Positions 29,144 through 42,440 of a stretch of 64,000 nt of DNA are shown piece after piece. Under the pieces are notes generated by a model. That model saw only the letters and a program-made list of their open reading frames with translations. It did not search any database and had not been told where the DNA came from. Source of the DNA: Neocallimastix sp. 'constans' (taxonomy: Eukaryota); NCBI GenBank assembly GCA_050613775.1, contig JBODTK010000136.1, positions 310,001 through 374,000 on the forward strand, in the 5' to 3' direction. The position numbers and the translations under genes are program-made. Within the stretch, counting starts at the first letter, position 1. Each line of letters starts with the position of its first letter.

Positions 29144-31370
29144 GTCGTACTGATAAGGCATAATGATAATACAGGATCGTCATCTATTTCTACGAAGGAT
29201 GAATCTTGCCTTAGTAGTTCAATAAATGATGAATCCGGGGAGAGTTTAGTGGACACCACATTTCCGTTAGAGAAATTTGTCAAAGAAGAAAATTCCAAGG
29301 AAAATTCACATATTTAGCTTTTTTAGATCTTAAAAAAGCTTATGATTCAGTTCCTATTTTTAACATTCTTACTAAATTATATCACTATGGAGTACGCGGT
29401 AAATGTTTTGATTTTCTTTGTAATTTATATACTTCATCTAAAGCACGTGCTCGATTTGCTTCAATGTTATCAAATGAATTTCCTATTAAAAGAGGTGTTC
29501 GTCAAGGTTGTCCTTTATCTCCAATCTTATTCAATTTATTCATCAATGATATACTAAATGACTGTGAAAAGTATGGTGTTAATGTTGGAAGAAAAAAGTG
29601 TTGTGGTGGACTCTTTGCTGATGATGTTGTTCTCATTGCTCCAAGTGCAAAAAATTTAGAAAAATTATTAAAAAAGGTACATAAATGGGCTAATTTAAAT
29701 GAAATGACTTTTGGTATTGAAAAGTGTGCAACTATGGTTATAAAACCAATGAACTTCCAACCTCCTCCAAACTATAGTGATCCAACCTTCTATTTAGGAA
29801 AGAATGATATTCCTAAAGTTTCTAGTTATGTCTATCTTGGTATTCCTTTTTCAGATGATCTCCTACTAGAACACATTATATCTCACATGCATTTTAAAGT
29901 TAGAAAATCCCTTCTTTCATTTACACGTTTCTTTTCAAATAAACTTATTCCTATTGTATACAAGAAAAAAGTTCTTCAATCCTTTGTTATTAGTAAAGTA
30001 ATTTATTATTCTCCTTTACTTGGTTCAAACAAATCTAGAACGGCTAGAATTCAAACATTAATTAATACTGGTCTATTTTGGTGTATCGGTTCCTTCTCTA
30101 AAAATGGTAAAACAAATACAGAAAACAATGACTATATTAGACATAATTCAACAATGAGTACTTATGCTTTATCTCGAGATCTAAGCATCCCTCCTATTGC
30201 TGGTATCTGCGCAGCCTTACAGATTAAATCATTTGCAAAATGGAGTAAATCAAACTGTATCATAAAGGATCTTATTAAATCTATTCCCAAAATGCCTTAT
30301 TATTCCTGGACTAAAGAATCTAGAACACTATATAAAAAAATCAAAAAATATAAATGTGTAAAATATGACGATATTATAGAACGTTACTGGAAATCAGTTT
30401 CCAGATTTCAAGGTATTAAAGGTCAAAACTACGATAGTAACAAGTTCTCAAACAATAAAGCTATAATAATGCTTAGCTTAAAATATCCCCAATTCAACTT
30501 AGGATTTTCGTGGATTATACGTTTACGCTGTGGTTATAAATACAATACTACTATTGCTATTAGAATGGGTAGAGTTTCAGAAGATTGTCCAAAGTCCTGC
30601 CCATGTTGTGGTGAAGGTAATCAATCTTTTGAACATTGGATTTTTAAATGTGATGCTCTTGCATCTTTTAGATGGAATTCTTTAAATTTCATCGATGATC
30701 TCTATGTTTTATTCCTTAGGAAGATTAGAGCGTTTAATCCTCTTTCTTCCTATGACTCTATTTCTGATTTTGAAGATTATATCAATCATTATATATACTT
30801 GTTCCTTCTTGGTGGGACTTTAGTTTTAAATGAACTACATTTCGATAGTGGGGAACAGAGACATTTAAATGAACTACTTTTCAAAGGTTCATCTGAGTCA
30901 CCTGTTCCAAAAATTGTGGGCTTGGCGGAATTCTTAACAAATGCAATACCTATCATAAGTAGTTCGTTTGAGCTATTATTTGATAGGTATTGCAAAATAT
31001 CAAACTTAACCAAGAGCGTCGACGTCGTACTGATAAGGCATAATGAAAATACAGGATTATCATCTATTACTACGAAGGGTGATTCTCGCCCTAGTAGCTC
31101 AATAAATGATGAATCCGGGGAGAGTTTAGTGGACACCACACTATCTATTTTAAGGATGTTACTTCTAAATTTTATTTCTTTTTTATTTGATAGGAAGGGT
31201 AAAATTCCCGCATAGTACAACTTGCCGAAATACATAGTATTTTCGAGCTTTTTTATTTTTTATTTTTTATTTTTTAATTTTTTATTTTTAATTTCTAATG
31301 TACTTTTCACCTACATGTATTTATTAAAATAAAATTTAATAAAGTTTTTGGAAGTGTATTCTCTTCCCTG

Positions 31371-31412
<42 letters not shown>

Positions 31413-31650
31413 AGTGGACACCACACTATCTATTTTAAAGATGTTACTTCTAGGTTTTATTTCTTTTTTATTTGTTAGGAAGGGAAAAATTCCCGCATAG
31501 TACAACTTGCCGAAATACATAGTATTTTCGAGCTTTTTATTTTTTATTTTTTATATTTTTTTTTTATTTTTAATTTCAAATGTACTTTTCACCTACATGT
31601 ATTTTTTAAAATAAAATTAATAAAGTTTTGGAAGTGTATTCTCTTCCCTG

Positions 31651-31682
<32 letters not shown>
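29144..31682 (+). mobile_element. 5'-truncated family A LINE copy (A2: 29144-29260 plus 31411-31682), interrupted by A1
   Basis: Flanked by a 14-bp TSD, atcttgaggtcgaa (29130-29143 and 31682-31695). The two halves together are near-identical to 31024-31373 and end in poly(A). Confidence 0.9.
29261..31410 (+). mobile_element. Young 5'-truncated non-LTR retrotransposon (A1): RT, C-terminal CCHC-like finger, 3' UTR, poly(A)
   Basis: Uninterrupted frame 29263-31215 with YLAFLDLKKAYDSV, GVRQGCPLSPILFN, LFADD, YVYLG and CPCC-x7-H-x4-C. 37-nt poly(A). 15-bp TSD ttagtggacaccaca (29246-29260 and 31411-31425). Confidence 0.95.
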
Positions 31683-31686
<4 letters not shown>

Positions 31687-31749
31687 GAGGTCGAAACCCA
31701 ATGATGGAACCTAAGCTGTATGATTTCTGAGGGGGTTCAGCAACTAGTA

Positions 31750-34700
31750 TAATAATAAAATCTAAATTACTTTTCAATTTTTAATGTAATCTTTATTAAT
31801 AATTCCAATAATATTAATAACACTCATATTAATAATAATACAGTTAAAGAATTTTCTCTATGTGTCAGTTGGAATACTAATGGATGGAACTTTGATAAAA
31901 AAGACAGTGTTGAATTCTTTATTTCAATGTACAAACTACTTTTCTTATGCTTTCAAGAAACAGGAAATGGTTCAGGTTCTAGCAGTAAATATCCGTGTCG
32001 AGTTTCTTTAAAAAACTATAAACATTTCTTCAAAAAAGCTAATAACGAAATTCCCGGTAAAAGAAGACTTTATATAGGGTTTCATAATTCTTGTCAAGCC
32101 TCTCTTGAAAACAACACTTATGAGTATATTATTTCCTTGTATACTTATAATTTTTGGAATTTCACTAAATGTTCTATTGGTAATGTGTACGTACATAGCT
32201 TTCATGCTAGAGCTGCTAGAATTGAAATATTGTCGTGGTTAAATAGTCACTCTTCTCATCCTTCAATGTTGGTTGGTGATTTTAATTTACCTACTGAGAA
32301 ATTAGGTAAATTGCTCTCTAAATTTAGTAATTGGAAAATTCTTCCCTTATGGGGCTCCCCAATTTCATGGAGTAGAGGTAATAGAGAATCTGATATAGAT
32401 CATGCGATTGTCAATGATCATATGTTAGATTTACTTTCATATGGTACTTTTATTGACTTTCCCCCCATTTCGGATCATAAACCTTTATTAATAAAAGGTA
32501 AATGTTTTTCATCAGTTAATTCAGATAATTCTTTCTCTCTGCCTAAAAAGACAGTTAAATGGGATAGATTAAAATGTATAAATGAAAAAGAATCAATTTT
32601 TGACAACAACTATTTTAGTGTTTTAGAGGAAGTGATTCCAGATCCTAATATTAGTATTGATGATATTTCTAAGAAATTTATTTCAACTTCATTCAATATT
32701 GCTATGGAACTTAATATCACGTCAATATCAGAAGTTAGAAAATCTTTTTTTTATATGTCACAAAAAATATTTAATTTGCAAAAATTCAAAATGAAATTTT
32801 ATAAAACCATTAAAAGAAGAGGTTCTTATCATAATTTAGATGAATTTGAAGAATTAATTGAAAAATATAATAGAATGTGCAAAATTATTCATCATATGTG
32901 TAATATTTATAGGAAAACTGAATACCAACATTGGATCAATACAGGATGTGAATATATGAAATCTCATAACCCTGAGAAAGCTTGGAAATGGCTTAAAATA
33001 ACAGCAAAAGTAGATAAATTTAAAAATATGTCAAATTCTCCAGTAAAGGACAAAAATGGTAAACTAGCTACTTCTACTAAAGAACAGTTAGAAGTATGGC
33101 ACAATCACTTTAAAAAACTTGCTTCAAGCCATTCTGATATTAGTAGTGCATTAATCGAATGGTCTAATAAATTTTCCAATGGTACAATTAGGTATAAGAG
33201 ACACAATGAATGGGATATACATCAAGACATCAGTATAGAAGAAATTAAAGAAGCAATTTTAGCTACTCCAAATTATAAAGCTTCAGGCCCGGATGGAATT
33301 CCTATTGAATTTTATAAAGCTTTAATTCCTCCGGATGACGAAAATTCAGTAAATAATTCTTCTTCTGGTTTAAATTGTTTACAGAAGATATACTCAAGAA
33401 TTTGGAATGGAGAATTTCCTAGCTCTTGGAATGAAGCAAGTATTATATCTATTCCTAAAAAAGGAGATGATCTATCTGATTGTGACAATTATCGAGGTAT
33501 CTCTCTGATTAACAATGGTATTAAACTCATTTCGAAAATAGTCTCCAAAAGAATTTCGGAATATGGACTTAAAAATAATTTTATTAGGCCAGAGCAATTT
33601 GGATTTCGTACTAAAGAAGAATGTGTTAGTTTATTTATTTCAATTCGAGAAATTTGTCAAAAGGCGAAAAAATGATAATAAAGAAACTTACCTTTCTTTT
33701 CTAGATTTAAAAAAGGCATATGATTCTGTTCCAATAGGTAATATTTTATATAAATTAGATGCTTTAGGTATTAGAGGTAAATGTTATCAATTTATAAAAA
33801 ATCTATGTTTGACTTCCAAAGCCAGTGTTAAAATTGATGATCAATATTCGGAATCTTTTAATATTATGAAAGGAGTTAGACAAGGTTGTCCACTATCACC
33901 AATTCTTTTCAATCTTTTTATTAATGACATTTTTAATGATTTTTCTGAACTTGGAATTCCATTAGGCGAATCTAGATGTTGTGGTGGACTCTTTGCAGAT
34001 GATATTATTCTTTGCGCACCATCAAGAACTAAGTTAAAAAAAATGCTTAAGAAGGTAAATGAATGGACTAAATTTAATATGATAAATTTTGGAATTAACA
34101 AGTGTGCAACGATGGTGATTCGACCAGACACACCTCTTTTTCAAAATATAAGAGATCCTACTTTTTATCTTGCTGGTCAACCAATCCCAATAACTAAATG
34201 TTATACCTATTTAGGCATATCATTTGATAAAAGCTTATTGTTGAACCCTATTATTAAATTACTTAACTCTAAAGTTACTAAAACTCTCTTTTCTGTTAGT
34301 AAATTTCTTTCAAATTCCAAAATTCCTATTCCATTTAAGAAGATTATAATTAACTCTTATGTACTTAGTAAAGTCTCTTACTTTGCGCCTTTACTTGGTT
34401 CAAATAAAGCTAGAACAAATAATACTCAGAAATTAATTAATAATGGATTAAGATGGATTGCAGGTATACAAAAAGCCAAATCATTTATTAATGTATATTC
34501 TATTTCAAAAGATTTAAATATTCCTCCATTGTCAGCTAAGTGTGCTTTGTCTCAAGTCAAATGTTTTGATAAATGGAAAGATTCAAATTGTATTATTTCC
34601 TATTTAGTTAATAATATTCCAAAATCTAGAAAATATACATGGACAAAAGAAAGTAGAACTCTTAAACGTAAACTAGAGAAAAGAGGTAATAACGATAATA

Positions 34701-35761
34701 AAATCAAGGATTTTTATTGGAAAAGAGATATAAAAATCAATTCTATTAAAGCTGAGTTTTATGACAAAAACAAATTCGAAGAAACATCAAAATTTATTAA
34801 ACTTTGTTATGAATATCTTGATCTTTCATATGGTTTCTATTAGCTATTGAGAGCACGAAGCGGATATAGATTAGATGCTAGAATTGCTAAAGCTGCAAAA
34901 ATAGTAGATCAAATGTGTCCTAATTTTTGTCCCTGTTGTAAAAGTAATAAACAATGGATAAGTCATTGGTTAATTGATTGTCCTTTTTTCAATCATATTC
35001 GTAGTAAAGTTAATGATAAAATTTTATTTTTATATAATGCTTTTTACTGTGGCAACCTAACAAATGATATTGTTAATAGTAATAATGATAATAGTAATAG
35101 TAATAATAGTAATAGTAATAATAGTAATAGTAATAATAGTTATAGTAATATTAGTAATAGTATTTTTAGTAATGTTAGTAATAGTATTGAAAATAATGTG
35201 TATATTGATTCTAGTGTGTGTGAAAAAGTGTTTAATTTCCTTCTTGGAGGTCGAAGTATTAATAACAGTACAAGGGAATGGAAGGATCTATTTAAGTGCT
35301 AGATGAAATCAGGTGCTTATTCTGATATTCCATTCTTGGTGGTTACTGCGGCACTTCTCCAATCGATTATACCTATTGCTATTGGCCAGCAATGGTCTTT
35401 GTTCAATAGGTTCAAATCGAATCGTACTATTACTACCAAGAGCGTCAATGCTGAAGAAACAGTAAGACAGGCCATCAGGGCTAGCGCAACTAATGAAGAT
35501 CATAATTTTGTATCTTAAAATTATGATTAACATTGCGAAGTCAAAATTAATTATTATACTACTGTATAATAATGCCCTTGTGAAGTCTTACAGATATTAA
35601 TTAAATGAAACTAGAATAGATTATACCATTATTTTATTTTATTTTGTATTTTTTTTTTTTTTTGTTTAATTTTTATCTTTTTTTTCTTTTTATTACATGT
35701 ATTTTATCATATATTTAATTAATAAAGATGAAATAAGTTTGCTGCCGTTAAAAAAAAAAAA
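31750..35761 (+). mobile_element. APE-endonuclease/RT non-LTR retrotransposon (family B); near-complete ORF2, disabled
   Basis: APE motifs SWNTNG, CFQET, LVGDFN, DIDH, SDHKP. RT motifs KASGPDGI, NYRGISL, QFGFR, LDLKKAYD, QGCPLSP, FADD. CPCC...HWLIDC. Frameshift near 33665; in-frame stops at 34841 and 35300. Different 3' end (gctgccgtt) plus poly(A). The 5' boundary is approximate. Confidence 0.95.
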
Positions 35762-36809
35762 TGGAAATTTCACTTATCTTGCTTTTCTTGATCTTGAAAA
35801 AACCTATGATTTAGTACCTATCTTTAATATTTTGACCAAATTATATAACTTAGGAATTAGAGGTAAATGCCATCTGTTTTTAAGGTACCTTTATCCATCC
35901 TCTAAAGCTCGCACTTTTTTTAATGGTAATCTCTCAGAAGAATTTTTGATTAATCGTGGTGTTAGATAAGGATACCCTCTTTCTCCTATTTTATTCAATT
36001 TGTTCATTAATGATGTACTGGATGATTGTGATAAGTATGTTGTATATTTAGAATCTCAGTATTGTTGTGGTGGACTTTTTGCCAATGATATTATTTTAGT
36101 TGCTCCATCTAAACAAGTTTTTAAGAAAATATTGAATAAGGTTCATTAAAAATGAAATGACTTTTGGAATAAATAAGTGTGCTACTCTTGTTGAAAAACC
36201 AATTTAACTTCGTTAAATTATAAATTACGAAGATCCATCTTTCTTTATTGGTAGTAACAAATTACCTAAAACTGACAACTATACTTATCATGATATTCCT
36301 TTTGATGAATCTTTATCATTGAAACCTATACAATCCAAATTAAATAGTAATTTAAATGTCAAGTTAAATTCGTACTTTGGATTTCTTATTAATAAATCTA
36401 TTCCTCTCCCATTGAAGAAATACGTGTTAATTTCCTTTATTCTTATTCTTGTTTTATATAATGTTCCTCTCTTTGGTTCAAATAAGAGCAGATATTCTAA
36501 AGCTCAAAAAATTATTAACAGAGGCGTTATCATCAATAAATGGGAAAAAGTTAGAAATTATTGCTTCTATATCTATTTTAAAGATATTACTTCTAGGTTT
36601 TATTATTTTTTTTATTGGTTAGGAAGGAAAAATTCCCCATTGTACAACTTGACGAAATAAATATTATTTTTGAGCTTTTTTATTTTTATTTTTTAACTTT
36701 TATTTTTATTTTTAATTTCAAATTGTACTTTTTACCTACATGTATTTTTTATAATGAAATTAATAAAATTATGAAAGTGTATTCTCTTCCTTGTCTAAAA
36801 AAAAAAAAA
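35761..36809 (+). mobile_element. Degenerate, internally deleted family-A-related LINE copy (D)
   Basis: FTYLAFLDLEKTYD, GVR*GYPLSPILFN and GGLFAND, with several frameshifts. Jumps to an A-like 3' UTR near 36570 and ends gtgtattctcttccttgtct plus ~13 A. Confidence 0.9.
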
Positions 36810-38420
36810 TTTAAACTTAGGTAGGAAATTTATTCACCCCAAAGCTTGTGTTTTATACTTTATTTAACTGAAGGGAATCTTTTTATAGACTTTCACAACT
36901 AACATTTTATTTATATTTTTATTTTAGTTTATATATGAGTACTTTTCAGAAAATTATTATATTAATCAAAGCTTTATTAATTTAATAGAATATCAAAAAC
37001 TTTAAGATAGCTAAAAAAAAAGAGAGAGATTATTCATTAAAACAAAATTAATAAGTTTTTTATTTTATTTAAATATTTATCAATTATTTCACAAAGATAA
37101 AAACTTCATATTATTTTTATTATTTTAATATTTCTATTTTATTTTTTTTATATTTTTTATTTATATTTATATTTCTAAGTTTTTAGTATTTTAGTTTTTA
37201 TTAGTTTCATTTCTAATCAATTTGTAATTTATAGTTCATTATGGAAAAGAAATTCAAGAAAGAAACAACGGACTACACCAAAAGGTTATACAATGTATGG
37301 TAACCGCGAATATCAACCAGAAGGCTACCGTGAAAAAACAAAATGTGTCTACAAGTTGAAGATTTATGGGAAATACTAAATCAGATGAAAAACAAGGTTA
37401 TATGAAAAATATAATTTTTTAATAAAAAAAAATTTGTTAGATGGGATAGGTATAAATATCTTGAACTTAAGAAAGAAATTTGTGAAAATAATAAACTTGA
37501 GATTCTTAGTGAAAAATTGGGAAATGGAGAACTTTCAGAAGATAGTACAGTTGAAAAGTTTATCAACAGTACTAATTCCATTACTAAGGATCTATTGATA
37601 ACATATTTAACAGAAATCAGAAAAACGATGCTTAGAATGTCCCGAAAAATTTATTGCCTTCAAAAGGTAAAATATATAAAATATAAACAAATTAAGGGTT
37701 ATAAACCTGTATGTAATTCCAATGAATTTACTAAAATTATTGACTAGTATAATAGACTACGCAAATCAATTCATAAAAATGTAACAAATTTAGGGAAAAA
37801 AATATTTATATTGAATTAAAATTGGATGTTCGTTAGCTCTTAAAAATGATAGTAGTAAAACATGGAAAAGGGTAAATAAGAATGCAAAAATAAGTAATCA
37901 ATCTTTCACGGTCTCTCATCTATTTAAAAACTATAATGATGAATTAGTATCTTCTACAGATAAAAAATTAAAAGCTTGGCATTCTCATTATCATTCCCTA
38001 GAGTTGGATTCTTCAGGTCATAGTCTTTCTAAAGATTTCAGAAATCATGGGGTATTAATCAATCAATTTCAATGTCAGAAATTCACTCTACTGTTCCTTC
38101 AATGAAAAATAACAAAGCCCCTTGTCTTAATGATATTCCAACAGAAAATTTTAAAGTATTTTTCAACTTTAAATGTAACACTTCTTATCAGAATGATCCT
38201 AGTCAAAAAATCACTTATTACGAATGTGTAAACTGTCTATTTTTATTATATAATAAGATTTAGAAAGATAACTTCCTTGATGAATGGAATTCTTGTTCTA
38301 TTGTTTCCATTCCTAAAAGGGGGATCTTTTAGAATGTAATAATTGACAGTGGTAATTTCATGTATCAATGCAAGATTAAAGATTCTGTTAAAAATTGTTA
38401 CAAAAAGAATTTCGGAATAT
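36810..38420 (+). mobile_element. Degenerate LINE fragment (E): linker and start of RT
   Basis: FVRWDRYK..ENNKLEIL, NNKAPCLNDIPTENFK, SIVSIPK and LKIVTKRISEY are colinear with element B. Many stops and frameshifts. The 5' boundary is uncertain. Confidence 0.8.
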
Positions 38421-40611
38421 ATTTTTTCTTAAAATTAAGAAAGTTATACTAGAAGAAGCAATAAAAATAAATTTGAGTAATAATAATAATAGTAACAACG
38501 TAATAATATTTTTTCTAATAATATATATTATTATAATAATTTCTTTAATGATATAAATAATTCCAGTAGATATAGTACTAATAATTACCAAAATAGTAAA
38601 AATAATAATTAATATTGAAGTTGTAATGATAATTACTACTTCAATATTAATTATTCTATTTAAAAAGAATATATTTAGTGGGGAAAAAAGAATATATATA
38701 TATATACTATTTTTTCTTTTAATAAGAATTTTTTGTATAAAGAAATCAGAAAATTTTAATATTAATATATATATAAAGAATACTTCTCGTTTTTATATTT
38801 TAATTAAAAAACTAATATTTTATTTTTTTTTTCGTATTTCAAATAATAATATAATAATATTAATAATAATTAAAATATTATATTTCCAATTATAATATAT
38901 ATCATTAAAATATTTTATTTCCAATAATAATATTAATAAATTAAAGATTATATTTCCAATAATAATAATAATAATAAAAATAATTAAAAGATTATATTTC
39001 CAATAATTGAAACATTTTATTTTAAATAATAATAATAATATTAATAATAATGAAAAAATTGTATTTCTAATAATAATTGTAATAATAATAATATTTAGGA
39101 TCATATATAAAACTTTAATTAATAATATTTTTTTCAAAAATTATAATTGTAATAAACATATAATCCATAATAAAAAAATATATATATATATATAAATAAA
39201 TAAATATAAATAAATAAACAAACAAGCAAATAAATAAATAAATATAATTGAATAAACAAATAAATATAGATAAATAAATATAGATATATTTTTAAATAGT
39301 AATACTAAAATTAATATTTATTTGAGTGATTGGTTTATAATTATATTATCCATCTATATATTCAAAAAGATTAGGTTTATACAATAAAATATAACTGAAA
39401 AATCATACATCAATAAATAATTACTATTTATTTAATTATTTATTTAATTATTTAATTATTTATTTAATTATATATCTATTTATTGTTGATTTTAATCTTA
39501 ATTAAATTTTTATTTCAATTTTATTAAGAAAATTTTTTTTATTATTGTTAAAAAAAATAATATTATATTTTTAAGATAAAAGGTAAATTTCATCAAAAAT
39601 AAGTATGTTTTTTGTGGTATATATATAATAATATTTTGAAGTGAATTCTTTCAATAAAATAATAATATAAGTGTATATATATTATAAAAATTTTATTATT
39701 TTTAAATAAGAACAACAATCAAATAAAAAAATAAAAAAATAAATAAATGGGAATCAAAATAAAACTAAAAAATAAAACAAATTTAACAATCAATTATAAA
39801 ACAAGTAATCATTTTAAATGAAATGTAATAAATAAAAAATTAAACTATAAAAATAAAAAGTATATATCAAAATAAATGAAGGGGAAAATTTAACAAATTA
39901 ATTAATTTATTTTTTAATGAAAAAGAAATATTTTAAAATTTTGAATTTATTTTATAATTCTATAAAAAAAATAATAATAATAATTCTTTAATAGTCATAA
40001 CATGATTTAAGTTCACTTTAAAAATAAATTTTATAGATATTTTTTTTTAATTATATTAAATGTTTATTTAAATCTCAGATACATTGTATTTTATTTTTTC
40101 TAATAATTTTATATTTTAATGTAATATATTCTAATTAATCATATTTAAAGAAAAAGAATTTAGATTTAATATTTGAATTATATATTTAATTACATAATAT
40201 AAAATGTTGTAATTATTTTAAATAAATAAATAAATAATTGATAATGAAATATTAAAATTTTTATTTAAAAAGTATATAACATATAACTCTTTAATAGAAT
40301 ATATAAATAAATGGGAGATTTATAAGCACAATTCCTAAATGTTTTATTAGATTTTAATATCATTTTTTTAGTATAAAATATTAATAAATAAAAATATGAA
40401 TATATTAATTATTGAAATAAAATAATAATTTTATATATTTTTTATCTCTTTAATATTATATATTGTTTTAAAAAATTAATTATATAAACAATTTAAAACT
40501 ATTATAAAAAAAAAAAAAAAAATAGATAAATAGTCAAAACAATAACTCAATACTAAAGTAATAAAATATATAATTAAAAAAAAAAAAAGGATAGAAAAGA
40601 AAAGAAAGAAA

Positions 40612-40710
40612 ATGGCAGGATCTATGTATGAAAGGTAAAATAAAAAAAATTATATAATAAACATTTTATTTTATATAATAACTGTATAATAAAATTTATA
40701 TTTTTATTAA

Positions 40711-40755
<45 letters not shown>

Positions 40756-42174
40756 TAATTATTTACTTTATAATAGTCAAGATTTATATCTTGATCCTTC
40801 TATTAAATATTGGGTAAGTATTTGAAATAAAAAATAAATACAAAAAATAAAAGAAGTAAATATATATATATATATATTTATATATATAATACTACTTCAT
40901 TAAAATATATTTATTATTATATAGTGATTTGTTCAATTAAAAACATTAATATTAACCTTAAATTTTATTATATAATTTAATTAATTGATTAAAATAAATA
41001 TATATATGAATCATTTTTTTTTTTATATATCTTGTTATATATTTTTTATTTTATATAAAAATAAGGTGCTATTTCCAATTATGATTGTTATGTTTCTCGT
41101 TGGTATCTTGCGTCACAATATAACATCTCTTCTTTCTGTAAATTCAAACATGGGTTTATTAGATGTTAAAGAAAGGTAATATTGTTATAGAAGTGGTGTA
41201 TTAATTAGTTATAATAATCATAATATAAGGACAAATTATTAAATTAAATTACAATAAATATTTAAATTTAAATTAGTCTTGCTGTTAAATATGGAAGATT
41301 ATTCATTGCTAACAGAAACTATTTACCAGAATCTACTTTTAAAATGAGAAAGAATTTTTGGATTGATGCCTATAATGGTGGCAAATATTTAAAGGATCCA
41401 AATGCTACTGCAAATGGTGGTGATATGTTAGATCCTGCTAATATGGAAAGTACTATGTCAGGTATGAAACAAGGTTTTGCCAACTTAATTCCACAATATG
41501 TTTTAATGAGTTGGGTTTCTTACTTCTTTGCTGGTTTCGTTATTAGTAAGTTTATAAATAATGTATTATCATTCTTTTTTCTTATTTTTATTGATATATA
41601 TATATATATATATTTATTAATATTAAATGTTTTAATTTTTATTTCACAAATATTTTTTCATTTTTACAGTTAAGTTACCATTCTATTTACCATTACGTTT
41701 TAAGGATATGCTTCAACGTGGCATTGATACTCAAAACTTAGATATTTCCTGGGTATCTTCACTTTCATGGTATTTCTTAAATTTATTCGGTCTTGGGGGT
41801 ATCTTTTCTTTAATTCTTGGAAAAAATAACTGTAAGTTAAAAAAAAAAAAAAAAAAAAAAAACTATTATTTATAATTATTTAATTTATAATTAATATTAA
41901 AATAAGATTTATATTACATTATTAATATAATATGTTCATTTTTTTATTATTTTAAAATAAAATTAAAAAAATAATAACAGCTGCTGGTAGTGCTAAAGAT
42001 ATTGCTCCACAAATGCAAATGGCACCAAATCAAAAGGACAGATTTAACAAAATGCACAAAAGTTTAGCTGAAGAAGTAAAGTTAGCTGAACACTCTTGGT
42101 TCTTAGAAGATATTGAAGATAAAATTTTAATAAAGTATGGAAAGAAGAAAGAAACTGATAAGAAGAATAATTAA
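40612..42174 (+). CDS. EMC3: ER membrane protein complex subunit 3; multi-exon
   Basis: [84 protein letters not shown]. Confidence 0.95.
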
Positions 42175-42316
42175 ATTTTATAATATTTAAAAAAAAAAAA
42201 AAAAAAAAAAAAATTTTTTTCTCTTTTTATAATTTATATATACATAGAAGCCATTATTATTAAAAATAAAATAAAATAAAATAAAATAAAATAAAATAAA
42301 ATAAAATAAAATAAAA

Positions 42317-42351
<35 letters not shown>

Positions 42352-42408
42352 ATATAAAATTTAAAATTAATATAAAAATTATTACTAATTAATTAATACA
42401 ATTACAGT

Positions 42409-42440
<32 letters not shown>

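Noticed and set aside
30789..31520. Antisense ORFs starting MYFGKLYYAG
   Set aside because: Antisense shadows of the duplicated LINE 3' end; no independent coding evidence.
31691..31738. C/D-box snoRNA- or SECIS-like look (gaaaccc-aATGATG...CTGA-ggggttc)
   Set aside because: Short, with an imperfect box C. It overlaps a TSD and is better explained as the continuation of the degenerate LINE LLGGR coding region. No hammerhead core either.
34841..35302. Programmed readthrough or frameshift in LINE B
   Set aside because: The TAG at 34841 aligns with Trp in A1 (GFSWII), and A1 is uninterrupted across the B frameshift. Ordinary decay is the simpler explanation.
28866..36823. aacttaggta as a TSD around the whole LINE island
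   Set aside because: The left copy is part of a local tandem duplication and does not abut an element boundary. A chance match is plausible.
38388..39195. Several short I/L/N/K-rich ORFs
   Set aside because: Low-complexity AT-rich artifacts with no recognisable motifs.
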